Position numbers and translations under genes: made by a program. A stretch of DNA of 64,000 nucleotides, from positions 38,654-102,653 of the forward strand of contig CAWJVG010000001.1 in assembly GCA_963846195.1 (NCBI GenBank), given 5' to 3'. Position 1 is the first letter of the stretch; every line of letters begins with the position of its first letter. The DNA is from an uncultured Verrucomicrobiae bacterium. GTDB lineage: Bacteria; Verrucomicrobiota; Verrucomicrobiia; Chthoniobacterales; JAFAMB01. Below, piece by piece: positions 20,526 through 29,694 of this stretch. Below the pieces are notes generated by a model, which saw only the letters and a program-made list of their open reading frames with translations, did not search any database and was not told the DNA's origin.

Positions 20526-21695
20526 TTTTTCCTTCCGTTCTTCTGACGCATCGTTGAACAAGAGCTCAAAAAGTTGGTCTACGCCTTTGTCTCCATGGCG
20601 AGTGGCCTGGGTGCGTATCAATGTCTGCCCCTTTTGATTGGTACGAATCCTGTATTCAATTTCGGCGAACGCAGTTCGGGATCCCTGCAAATCCGATTTG
20701 TTGACGACGATTGTGTCCGACGCATCGATCATTGCGATTTTCTGCAGCTGGAGTCGGCTACCGTAATCGGGGGGCATGACCAGGACCGCTTTATCAACGA
20801 GTAACTCTTCAGACCCAAAAGGCATCGCTTCCTGACCGGTGCCGACCGTTTCCACCAGGATCACTTCAAACAACTCGCTCGCAACGAGGATTTCCAGGCA
20901 CCGATTCGTCCAGGGACTCAGCCCTCCTGTCTGACCTCGCGTAGCCAGACTTCTCATGAAGACACGGTCATTCTGAGAGTAAATCATTGTTGCCCGGTCA
21001 CCGAGCAGCGCCCCCGAGCCGACCAAGCTTGGATCATGAGAAAGAATCGCTAAACGATGGTTTTGAGGGCGCAAGTACAGGAACCGATAAACCAACTCAT
21101 CGATCAGGGTGGTCTTACCGGCGCCTCCCGGGCCGGTCAAGCCAACCACCTTTGTATTGTGGCGCGGCTTTGCACCCGCCAAGACCTGCTCTGTTGCCTC
21201 GGCTAACCGACTGACCCCTCGTTCTGCGAGGCTTAGCTCCCTGGACAAAAACTGGTCGGTGCCTGCTAGAGATGCGTCATAGGGCCTCTGTTCGACATGA
21301 CCGTAACCGGCTCGCACGTAGGCTAGCATTTCCGCGAGTGGCGTTCCGGCGAAGAATATTCGATCGACCCCACGCCCATACATGATCTCGGCATCCTCGT
21401 GGGTGATAGTTCCACCGCCACCGCCAAAGGTTTTTATGATCGGTGCGAGGTGGAGCTGGCCTAATCGGTCGACAACTTCTTCAAAAAACTCTATGTGGCC
21501 GCCGTTGTACGTCGAAATGCCGATTGCCACTACATCTTCTTGAAGAGCAGCACGCGCAATCTCCTTGGCCGAACGATTATACCCGAGGTAGACCACTTCA
21601 ACACCGTGACGAACCAATTCCAGGTTGATGGTGTTAATAGCACTATCGTGACCGTCACAAATCGGGACCGCCGTCAGGATCCGAATCGGAAACAT
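20502..21695 (-). CDS. Cobalamin-binding domain plus MeaB/MeaI G-protein (N-terminal half of an IcmF-like protein)
   Basis: DGHD...LGYNRS...AALQEDV...GGGGGTI; GPGGAGKT, GALLGDR, FMRSLATR, VETVGTGQ, NKSD. Confidence 0.88.
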   Translation of the reverse strand: MFPIRILTAVPICDGHDSAINTINLELVRHGVEVVYLGYNRSAKEIARAALQEDVVAIGISTYNGGHIEFFEEVVDRLGQLHLAPIIKTFGGGGGTITHEDAEIMYGRGVDRIFFAGTPLAEMLAYVRAGYGHVEQRPYDASLAGTDQFLSRELSLAERGVSRLAEATEQVLAGAKPRHNTKVVGLTGPGGAGKTTLIDELVYRFLYLRPQNHRLAILSHDPSLVGSGALLGDRATMIYSQNDRVFMRSLATRGQTGGLSPWTNRCLEILVASELFEVILVETVGTGQEAMPFGSEELLVDKAVLVMPPDYGSRLQLQKIAMIDASDTIVVNKSDLQGSRTAFAEIEYRIRTNQKGQTLIRTQATRHGDKGVDQLFELLFNDASEERKEKLNRRQQR

Positions 21696-21715
21696 TTTGG
21701 GGGGAAGGAATTTAA

Positions 21716-21876
21716 AATTCAGAAGTCAGGACTCAGGAGTTGCAGGAGTTCAGGAGTTGCGAAATAAAGTTTTATTCTGCTAAAACACGGCTGCCTTGCG
21801 CGACTTTTTTCGATGCAAACCCCGATTGAGAAGATTCTGCAACTCCTGAATTCTGAATTCTGAATTTTCTGATTCC
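21716..21876. repeat. CAGGAGT-family palindromic element C (directly upstream of the B12/MeaB gene)
   Basis: Same arms as element B; the core is an inverted homolog of the B core. Confidence 0.85.
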
Positions 21877-21884
21877 GTCTCCAA

Positions 21885-22319
21885 TCACTCCTCGACAACC
21901 GCATCGGGCAAATTATTCTTCCCCTTCGCGTCCGCCGGAAAGTGGGCGGCCAGCAAGGAGCCAACTCTTTCGACTCCGTGCAAAAGCGCTTGTGTGAAGT
22001 CCCCGCGCTTGAGGCCCGACTCCATCCCCTCGACCACTTCCCGCCAGAAATTATCTCCGCATTTGGCGTGCACGGCGGTGTCTCCGATCACGGCAAATTG
22101 GTGTGAAACTGGAGCGATGAAGATTAGCACGGCGTTCCGCAACGGTGTCTCATTCATTTTTAGCTTTGTGAAGCAGAGACTGGCCGCCTGCAGCGCGTTG
22201 CCGGTTTTTCGGCGCGTGATGAAGACCCGTATCTCACCGCTTGTCCGTTCTTCGGCGGCTGCAATAGCCGCCACAATTCTGTCGTGATCGACAGCCTTGA
22301 GGAAATGATGCGGTTTCAT
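21885..22319 (-). CDS. TPM-domain protein
   Basis: AEERTSGEIRV, RNAVLIFIA, GKNNLPD. Confidence 0.88.
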   Translation of the reverse strand: MKPHHFLKAVDHDRIVAAIAAAEERTSGEIRVFITRRKTGNALQAASLCFTKLKMNETPLRNAVLIFIAPVSHQFAVIGDTAVHAKCGDNFWREVVEGMESGLKRGDFTQALLHGVERVGSLLAAHFPADAKGKNNLPDAVVEE

Positions 22320-22344
22320 GGAGAAATCTCTATCTTTAGCTTAG

Positions 22345-23142
22345 TCACCAGCCACCGCTCGCACCGCCGCCGCCGCTGTCCCCACCGCCGCCCGAAAATC
22401 CACCGCCACCGCCGCCGCCGGAGAACCCGCCGCCACCCCCTCCTCCACCGCCGATCCACCAAATCCCACCCGAGCCCCGCGACCCCGAACTTGTGTAAAC
22501 GGTTCCCCGACGCGCCGCCCTGAACCAGGAAAACACGATGGTCCCGAACACCACGAGAAGGATAATGAGGTCGAACGCTCCTCCCTCGCTCTGCCGTCCC
22601 CGCGCACGAGCCTGAGCAACGGTTAGCCCTGTCCCCTTATACTCCCCTCGGGTTGCCGCGATCATGGCGTTCACAGCCGCCGTCATGCCGCCGGCGAAAT
22701 CCCCCCCCTTAAAACGCGGCGCCATCTCATCGGAAATGATTCGTTTACAGATTGCGTCCGGGAGCGCGCCTTCCAAACCATATCCGGTCTGGATTCGCAT
22801 TTTCCTGTCTTTCACAAACACGAAAAGCACCGCGCCATTGTTTCGACCTTGCTGGCCGACTTTCCACGCGCGGAATGCGTCCTGGGCGAAATCCTCCACC
22901 GCTGACTCCGCGGGCAACGATGGGTAAATCACCACTAGAATTTGGTTCGAGGTCTGGCGCTCAAAGTCTTCCAGTCGCTGGTCGAGTCGCTGAGCCGTAC
23001 CCGCATCAACCAGGGATGCGTAGTCATTGAAGTAGTGCTCTGGCTTTGCCGGCACGTCGGTGGCGAACATTTGCACGACAAGCAGCCCAAACGCAGCCAG
23101 GAGCGAACCACGGATCAGGAATTCAGCGATCAGTTTCTTCAT
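22345..23142 (-). CDS. TPM-domain (YgcG-like) membrane protein with Gly-rich tail
   Basis: NDYA, RIQTGYGLEGALPD, GFSGGGGDSGGGGASGGW. Confidence 0.9.
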   Translation of the reverse strand: MKKLIAEFLIRGSLLAAFGLLVVQMFATDVPAKPEHYFNDYASLVDAGTAQRLDQRLEDFERQTSNQILVVIYPSLPAESAVEDFAQDAFRAWKVGQQGRNNGAVLFVFVKDRKMRIQTGYGLEGALPDAICKRIISDEMAPRFKGGDFAGGMTAAVNAMIAATRGEYKGTGLTVAQARARGRQSEGGAFDLIILLVVFGTIVFSWFRAARRGTVYTSSGSRGSGGIWWIGGGGGGGGGFSGGGGGGGFSGGGGDSGGGGASGGW

Positions 23143-23241
23143 CTGCAAATCCGTGCAACCTGCGCGGGAATCGCGGCCGCGACAACCGGCGCAGCCAACC
23201 GAAAGTTAAGCCCGTTGTGCCTCTGGCGCCAGCGCGACTGC

Positions 23242-23880
23242 TTATTTCGGGCTGGGACTTGGGCTGAATGATGGGAAACTGACACTTGGAGCTGCTTCCG
23301 CACCTGCCGAGCTTTGGAAATATGGCTTCGCCTGGAAACCGAACCAGCCGGCGTAAATCACGGTCGGAAACGAGCGGACCTGGGCGTTGTAACCCTGCGC
23401 GGTGTTATTGAAATCCCGCCGGGCGACCGCAATTCGATTTTCTGTTCCTTCGATTTGCGCCTGGAGATCGCGGAAATTATTGTTCGCTTTCAACTGGGGA
23501 TAGTTCTCGCTCACCGCCAGCAGACGGCCCAAGGTGCCGCTCAGAGCATTTTGCGCCTGCTCGTACTGTCGAAGTTGCTCCGGATCGGTCGGGGCTTTCG
23601 ACGGATCGATCGTCACTTTGGTGGCGCTGGCCCGCGCATTGATGACGTCGGTCAGAGTCGATTTCTCAAAATTGGCCGCTCCCTCAACCGTTCGCACCAA
23701 ATTGGGAATCAGGTCCGCTCGACGCTGATACTGCGTCTGCACCTGCGCCCACGAGGCATCCACTGCCGTTTGGGACCTGACCAGTCCGTTGTATCCGCCT
23801 GCGATGGACACAACAAAGATCACCACCGCAAGGACGAGTACTCCCAGGCACCCAAGACCGAAAACGACCGCTTTATTCAT
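23242..23880 (-). CDS. lemA: LemA family protein
   Basis: YQRRADLIPNLV, ENYPQLKAN, EGTENRIAVARRDFN; start taken at MNKAVV. Confidence 0.92.
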   Translation of the reverse strand: MNKAVVFGLGCLGVLVLAVVIFVVSIAGGYNGLVRSQTAVDASWAQVQTQYQRRADLIPNLVRTVEGAANFEKSTLTDVINARASATKVTIDPSKAPTDPEQLRQYEQAQNALSGTLGRLLAVSENYPQLKANNNFRDLQAQIEGTENRIAVARRDFNNTAQGYNAQVRSFPTVIYAGWFGFQAKPYFQSSAGAEAAPSVSFPSFSPSPSPK

Positions 23881-23968
23881 GATGTTAGCCGCAATATTGA
23901 TCGCGTGTGGACTCGAAAACGCAAGTTCCTTTCCGTATCCAGGTTTCCTCCATCCAACGCGCCCCACG

Positions 23969-24109
23969 ATCGTAATCGAACTCGAACTCGTCCTCGGAAT
24001 TCTAGTCCCTGCCCACAGGGTTCCTTGCACGCGCCAAAAGGCCCCTGAGGTTCCATTCCGGCAGATTCACTTTGGGCGCTCCGAGGACGAGTTCGAGTTC
24101 GATTACGAT
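23969..24109. repeat. Perfect 30-bp inverted repeat with 81-bp loop (CGAACT hexamer family)
   Basis: ATCGTAATCGAACTCGAACTCGTCCTCGGA ... TCCGAGGACGAGTTCGAGTTCGATTACGAT. Confidence 0.88.
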
Positions 24110-24264
24110 TGTGGGGCTGCGTTGCACCTAGGGTACAAACCGACCCTCTCGGCAGCCGACGGGGCCCCTCCCTAAGGAATTTCGCTTGATCGATTGACGC
24201 TCCGAAAAACCCCGGCTACTATTTACCCCTCGTACGAAAAAGCATCCGTAAGAAGAGAATTTTT

Positions 24265-24459
24265 ATGCCCGAAGTTATTGTGAGAAAAGGTGAGCCAATC
24301 GACAGAGCACTCAAAAGGCTGAAGAACAAGCTCGACGCCGAGGGGATTATGGAAGAGGTTCGCCGTTTGCGCGCTTTCGAAACGCCTTCGCAGAAGGTGC
24401 GCCGGAAAGCTAAATTAGCCGCCAAACGAGGCAAACTGAAATTTCGTTTTAATCCGTAA
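24265..24459 (+). CDS. rpsU: 30S ribosomal protein S21
   Basis: MPEVIVRKGEPIDRALKRLK...FETPS. Confidence 0.93.
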   Translation: MPEVIVRKGEPIDRALKRLKNKLDAEGIMEEVRRLRAFETPSQKVRRKAKLAAKRGKLKFRFNP

Positions 24460-24482
24460 ATCTCTCCATATAAGCGACTTAC

Positions 24483-24510
24483 AAAACTCCACCGCAGGTG
24501 GAGTTTTTTT
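24483..24510 (+). terminator. Rho-independent terminator after rpsU
   Basis: AAAACTCCACC-GCA-GGTGGAGTTTTTTT. Confidence 0.85.
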
Positions 24511-24628
24511 GTTTCGCCGAAGGGCAACCTCGCGGTGTTCAAATGCCGGTCTCACGCCGTGAAGCAGGGTCCTCCAGGAATTACATCATTGCACGGATCT
24601 TGATCGCCCTGGCGAAGTGAGTCGGCTT

Positions 24629-26137
24629 TCACGCATAAAGCTTCAAAACCGCTCCAACCACACCGTCCACATCGTACCGTGCAGCTTCCACATCCACAGT
24701 CAGTCCATTCTTCCGCATCGTTTCGGACGTGATCGGTCCGATGCTGGCCGTTTTTATCCCTGCCGGCCACGGAAGCTTCAATGCCAAAAAATTCTCCACC
24801 GTCGATGAGCTGGTGAAGGTGACAAGATCCGCACCCTCTGCTTTGAATCTTTCCAGGGCGCCCGAAGCATCGTTCGTTTCCGGCACCGTCCGGTAGGCGG
24901 TCGCCTCGTCCACGATCGCGCCAAGTTCCATAAGCCGTTTTGGCAAAACTTCCCGTGCGCCCAGAGCCCTCACCACGAGGAATTTCAAATTTTCGACGCT
25001 GCCAAACTTCAAAAGCCCATCGATAATCGCTTCCGCAACGAACTCGTCCGGCTGAAGATCGACGGATAGATGGAAGCTTTTGATACGCTGAGCGGTCGCC
25101 GGCCCGATCGCCGCGATTTTCACGTTTCCAATACTGCGAGCGTCATCATAGAGGCGGTAGAACATTTCAAAAAACGCGTCCACGCCATTAACGCTCGTAA
25201 AAATCAACCACTCGTATTGAAACGCATCGCGAACTAACTCCCCGAATTCCAGGAGGCTTTCTGGCGGTTCCACCCGGATGGTAGGCAACTCGTATACATC
25301 AGCGCCCAGGATTCTCAGTTTTGCGCTCAAAGCGCTTGCCTGTTTCCGGGTGCGCGTGACAACGATCCTTCGGCCAAACAGCGGCCGTCGCTCAAACCAG
25401 CTCAATTTCTCTCGCAATTCGACGACGCGACCAAACACCGCAATTGCAGGCGGTTGAAATCCGACGGACGCCTCGACAATCGATCCAAGCTCCCCGACAA
25501 GCGTCTGCTGCCGACCGGTTGTCCCGCAGCGGATCAAGGCGACCGGCAGGTGGAGATCTGCACCGTTCGCCAGGAGTTCCGGAACAATTGACGCCAGCCG
25601 GTCTGTTCCCATGAGCATCACCAACGTCCCGTTTCCGCCGGCGAGCCCCTTATAGTCAATCGCGGTCTCCACTTTGGACGGATCCTCGTGTCCGGTGAAC
25701 ACCGTGAACGAGGATGCGAAATCCCGATGAGTCAGCGGGATACCTGCATAAGCCGGGACTGCAATTGCCGAGCTGACTCCCGGTACGATTTCGAATGCCA
25801 GACCCGCCGCAGCGAGCGCCTCGGCCTCTTCTCCTCCTCTTCCGAAAACGAAGGGATCTCCTCCCTTCAACCGCACGACGCGTTTACCTTCCTTGGTCTT
25901 ACCGACCAGGAACTGGTTAATCTCCTCTTGCCGCAAGGTGTGCCGTCCGGATTTCTTCCCGGCAAAAACAATCTCAGCATCAGCCGGCGCCCACTTAAGA
26001 ATCTCGGGGTTGCAAAGATAATCGTACACAACGACTTGCGCCTGTTCGAGAGCTTCCCTCGCGCGCAAGGTGAGCAGCCCGAGATCACCCGGACCAGCTC
26101 CGGCGAGAATGCAGAGCCCTTTACTTTCCTCTTTCAT
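24629..26137 (-). CDS. cobA: Fused uroporphyrinogen-III C-methyltransferase/synthase (CobA-HemD)
   Basis: GAGPGD, RLKGGDPFVFGRGGEE, VPGVSS; HemD half with FTSVNGV, IGPAT, FTSSSTV. Confidence 0.93.
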   Translation of the reverse strand: MKEESKGLCILAGAGPGDLGLLTLRAREALEQAQVVVYDYLCNPEILKWAPADAEIVFAGKKSGRHTLRQEEINQFLVGKTKEGKRVVRLKGGDPFVFGRGGEEAEALAAAGLAFEIVPGVSSAIAVPAYAGIPLTHRDFASSFTVFTGHEDPSKVETAIDYKGLAGGNGTLVMLMGTDRLASIVPELLANGADLHLPVALIRCGTTGRQQTLVGELGSIVEASVGFQPPAIAVFGRVVELREKLSWFERRPLFGRRIVVTRTRKQASALSAKLRILGADVYELPTIRVEPPESLLEFGELVRDAFQYEWLIFTSVNGVDAFFEMFYRLYDDARSIGNVKIAAIGPATAQRIKSFHLSVDLQPDEFVAEAIIDGLLKFGSVENLKFLVVRALGAREVLPKRLMELGAIVDEATAYRTVPETNDASGALERFKAEGADLVTFTSSSTVENFLALKLPWPAGIKTASIGPITSETMRKNGLTVDVEAARYDVDGVVGAVLKLYA

Positions 26138-27062
26138 AAATTCTGCTCATAAGCGCGGACGCCGCCGCCCGCGGCGTGGCGAATTGGCCCGACAGGGTCG
26201 CGACCCGCGGTTCATTGCTTTCGTCAAAAACAATCGCCTCGCAGTGCAGTTCGACCCCGTCCAGTGAGGTGCGGATTCCGACCGGCAAATTGCAGCCGCC
26301 ACCTAGCCGCCGCAAGAACTCACGTTCAACACCAGTGCAAAACCATGTGGCGGCATCATTGACGTCGCCCAAAAATGTCCGAAGCTCCGAGTCGTCCGCT
26401 CTGACCTCCAAGCCGATGGCGCCCTGGCCCGCTGCTGGTAGAATTTCCACCAGATCCGTGGCGAATAACTGATGTGTCTCAAATTCTATGCGATCGTCCG
26501 TCAGGCGGTAGCCTAGTCTCTCCAAGCCAGCCCTCGCGAGCACGAGCGAATTCCACGAATCGTCGGCCAGAATCTTCGCGATTCGGGTCGGCACATTCCC
26601 TCGGATCTCCGCCACGCGAAGATCCGGACGATGGACCGCTATCTGGCGAGCCCGGCGAGGGCTGCTGGTTGCCACAAGTCCGCCGACCGGAATATCGCTC
26701 AGGGACTTCGCCGTTTTGGAGATCAGGACGTCCACCGGATTGTGCCGCGGCAAAGTCGCAGCCAACTCAAGTCCCGGCGGTAGTTCGGTCGGCAGATCCT
26801 TCAGAGAATGAACTGCGACATCGATTTCACAGCTCAGCAGCGCCTCTTCAAGTTCTTTCGTGAACAATCCTCTCCCGATCTTTGTACCCGGCTGGCTAAG
26901 GCTGAGATCGAGCCGTCGATCGCCGGTCGTGTGGATGATGCGGACCACGATTTCAGGCCGTTCCGGGAGCTGCTCAAGCGCTTCTTTGACCAATGCGGTC
27001 TGAGCCAATGCCAACCGGCTGCCCCGGGTCCCGAGAATAACGCGCTTCACGTTCGCGGGCAC
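26121..27062 (-). CDS. hemC: Hydroxymethylbilane synthase
   Basis: GTRGSRLALAQ, GLFTKELE, VHSLKDLP, RGNVPTR, GGCNLP. Confidence 0.96.
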   Translation of the reverse strand: MPANVKRVILGTRGSRLALAQTALVKEALEQLPERPEIVVRIIHTTGDRRLDLSLSQPGTKIGRGLFTKELEEALLSCEIDVAVHSLKDLPTELPPGLELAATLPRHNPVDVLISKTAKSLSDIPVGGLVATSSPRRARQIAVHRPDLRVAEIRGNVPTRIAKILADDSWNSLVLARAGLERLGYRLTDDRIEFETHQLFATDLVEILPAAGQGAIGLEVRADDSELRTFLGDVNDAATWFCTGVEREFLRRLGGGCNLPVGIRTSLDGVELHCEAIVFDESNEPRVATLSGQFATPRAAASALMSRIYERGK

Positions 27063-28102
27063 TCGATTGCCCCCGGTGCAACCGTCCCTTCAGTGATCCG
27101 ATTTAACCAGACTTCGAAATCGCGGACATGCCTTTCGATCAGGCCGTCGCAAACCTCCGTTTCCTTCTTTCGTGTCGCAAGCGTTCGCCCTGCGATCGTC
27201 CGAAGCGAATCCAGATCGTAGACATAAACTCCATCCATTTCATGGACGGCCGGGTCGACGTCCCGCGGCATTGCAAGGTCGATAATGAAAAGCGGCCGGT
27301 CGCGGCGCATCCTTAAGACTGGCTCGAGCTTCGGCCTCGTCACAATCGCATGCGGCGCGGCGGTGGAGCTCACCAGGATGTCCAGATCCCGAAATTCGTC
27401 CTCCCAATCATCAAAGCGGATGGCCCGGCCACCGATCGCTTCGGCCAACTCGGTCGCTCGTTCGAACGAACGATTTGAGACGAACAACTGCCTGGCGCCG
27501 CGTGATTGAAAACTCCAGGCAGTTCGCTCGCTTGTTTCACCGGCACCCAGGATCATGATCTTACGCCCATCCAGGTCTCCGAAAATCTGCTGGGCCAGAT
27601 CCGCGGCCACGGAACCCACAGAAACACTCCCCCGAGTAATTGCCGTGGCCGATCGCACGTGTTTGCCGACATGGAAAGCCTTTTGGAAAAGCCGATTTAA
27701 TATCCTGCCCGTCGTCCCGGAACGGACCGCAGCCTCATAGGCACGTTTGACCTGTCCGAAAATCTCTGTCTCCCCTAACACCATTGATTCGAGGCCGGAA
27801 GCAACCCGGAACAGATGGCGAATCGAGGGAACAGCCGGCAACCGAAAGTGGTGCTGGAACTCGCTGGCCTCCATCAAGCCGTAAAAATCGTGAAAGAGAG
27901 GTTCCACTGCCAATTGTGAATTCTGGGTGACAATATAGAATTCCGTCCGGTTACAGGTCGACAGGAGCACACTTTCCTGAACGCTCGGGACCTGCGCGAG
28001 TCGGGTCAACGAATCAGCCAATGCGGAGTCAGGAATCGCAAATCTTTCCCGGATCTCGACATTTGCCGTCTGATGACTGATGCCGAAACAGAAGATATTC
28101 AT
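27047..28102 (-). CDS. hemA: Glutamyl-tRNA reductase (short form)
   Basis: STCNRTE, SMVLGETEIFGQ, GAGE, DLAMPRD. Confidence 0.95.
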   Translation of the reverse strand: MNIFCFGISHQTANVEIRERFAIPDSALADSLTRLAQVPSVQESVLLSTCNRTEFYIVTQNSQLAVEPLFHDFYGLMEASEFQHHFRLPAVPSIRHLFRVASGLESMVLGETEIFGQVKRAYEAAVRSGTTGRILNRLFQKAFHVGKHVRSATAITRGSVSVGSVAADLAQQIFGDLDGRKIMILGAGETSERTAWSFQSRGARQLFVSNRSFERATELAEAIGGRAIRFDDWEDEFRDLDILVSSTAAPHAIVTRPKLEPVLRMRRDRPLFIIDLAMPRDVDPAVHEMDGVYVYDLDSLRTIAGRTLATRKKETEVCDGLIERHVRDFEVWLNRITEGTVAPGAIECPRT

Positions 28103-28903
28103 TCAAAACGATGGACGGTCCGCAATAAATCGAATCCCCCAGAACGTACTTAATAACAAGCTAAATGCGACGATCGAGAGGGTCGCAACCCATTTGGCTG
28201 CCATGGCATGCCGCATTCGAGCGACAATAATGCCGCCATACACGCACCAAACCAGAATAGACCATCCAGCCTGCACCCAGTTGATCCGGTCGCCAATCAA
28301 AAATCCGGTAGCCAGCCCGACTGTAAAGAGTGTGAAGCCTAGCAATAACAAACGCGAATTTGCAACCGACAATGCTGTGATCGGCGGGAGTCGGTAAAAA
28401 ATGGAGCTGGGTTGGCGGGTTTTTAATTGCCGCTCCTGAACCAGAAACATGACGCCTGCGATGCATGCCAGCGCGAACGCCCCGCAAGCCACCATTGAAA
28501 ACGAAGTATGCGCCTCCAACCAGGGGTTGACCTTGATTCTTCTGGCCGCCGGTTGGCCAGGCGCCAGCGCAAGAGCAAATAACAGCAGCACAGAGGCCAC
28601 CGGAGCGGTAAACACACCCATCAATGAGAGGCGATAGCTCGATCCGATCACCAGGTAAATTAGAACCATCGACCAGGTCATAAAGACCAGCACTTCGAAG
28701 CGATTCGTAATCGGGCAACGGCCGATCGCATGCCCGCGGTCAAAGAGGAAAATGGTCGTCCACAGGAACCCGCCAATAATGGCCCAAAAGCTCACGCGCG
28801 ACGTCAGAAACTTGTTGCTGGCCAGCGAATAGGCCGAATAGCCGAAGCCGATGAGATAAGAAAACAAGGCCAACTCAACCCAAACATGATCGGACCAATT
28901 CAT
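28103..28903 (-). CDS. Cytochrome c assembly protein (CcsA/HemX-like)
   Basis: Eight-TM hydrophobic pattern with QERQLK...LP; first gene of the hem operon. Confidence 0.8.
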   Translation of the reverse strand: MNWSDHVWVELALFSYLIGFGYSAYSLASNKFLTSRVSFWAIIGGFLWTTIFLFDRGHAIGRCPITNRFEVLVFMTWSMVLIYLVIGSSYRLSLMGVFTAPVASVLLLFALALAPGQPAARRIKVNPWLEAHTSFSMVACGAFALACIAGVMFLVQERQLKTRQPSSIFYRLPPITALSVANSRLLLLGFTLFTVGLATGFLIGDRINWVQAGWSILVWCVYGGIIVARMRHAMAAKWVATLSIVAFSLLLSTFWGIRFIADRPSF

Positions 28904-29041
28904 AACGGTGAACTACAACGACCCTGCACGCACAGCGACAAATACCCAGTAAGTCGAAATAAAATTTTCCCGGCGCATCTGCTCAAGATTTTTCTTGGAT
29001 GATCATTGACGTTCGCCGTCGTTCGTTCAGGTTCGTTGCAA

Positions 29042-29575
29042 ATGAGTCAGGTCAACCTTGAACAGCTCAAATCCGCCATCCGAGATATCCCTGATTTCCC
29101 CAAACCAGGCATTATTTTCAAGGATATAACACCCATTTTAGGAGACGGGCAATTATTCCAAGGTGTAATCGACTACCTCGGGGAGGAAGCTGAGAAAGTG
29201 AACCCGTCCAAAGTGGTCGGAATCGACGCGCGCGGATTCCTGTTCGGAGCAGCGGTCGCCTACAAACTGGGCTTAGGCTGCGTGCCTGTTCGGAAAAAGG
29301 GCAAACTCCCCTACAAAACCGTCGGTTCCTCCTACCAGCTTGAGTATGGCGACGCCCAGGTCGAAATGCATGTGGACGCCATCAATCCAGGGGAACGAGT
29401 CGTGTTAATCGACGACCTTCTGGCCACCGGCGGCACTTCGGGAGCAGCCGTGAATCTGATCCAACAAATCGGGGGTATTGTCGGCACGGCGCTTTTCGTC
29501 ATCGAATTAGAGTTTCTCAACGGACGGCAAAAGCTCCCACCAAATGTTCCTGTTTACTCGATGGTGCAGTATTAG
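29042..29575 (+). CDS. apt: Adenine phosphoribosyltransferase
   Basis: PDFPKPGIIFKDIT, VRKKGKLP, IDDLLATGGT. Confidence 0.96.
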   Translation: MSQVNLEQLKSAIRDIPDFPKPGIIFKDITPILGDGQLFQGVIDYLGEEAEKVNPSKVVGIDARGFLFGAAVAYKLGLGCVPVRKKGKLPYKTVGSSYQLEYGDAQVEMHVDAINPGERVVLIDDLLATGGTSGAAVNLIQQIGGIVGTALFVIELEFLNGRQKLPPNVPVYSMVQY

Positions 29576-29587
29576 GCGGAAACGGGC

Positions 29588-29685
29588 CGGCGATTCGGCG
29601 TACGACGAATGAACGGCGAACAGCGAACGTTGAACGCCGTCAAACGCCGGAACGTTGAACGCCAAACGTTGAACGCTGAACGCCA
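29588..29685. repeat. Degenerate heptamer tandem array (GAACGCC/GAACGTT)
   Basis: ...gaacggcgaacagcgaacgttgaacgccgtcaaacgccggaacgttgaacgccaaacgttgaacgctgaacgcc. Confidence 0.7.
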
Positions 29686-29694
29686 CGCGCCCCC

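Noticed and set aside
27047-28102. hemA as a truncated pseudogene
   Set aside because: Catalytic and NADPH motifs are intact and it overlaps hemC in an operon; it lacks only the C-terminal dimerisation region.
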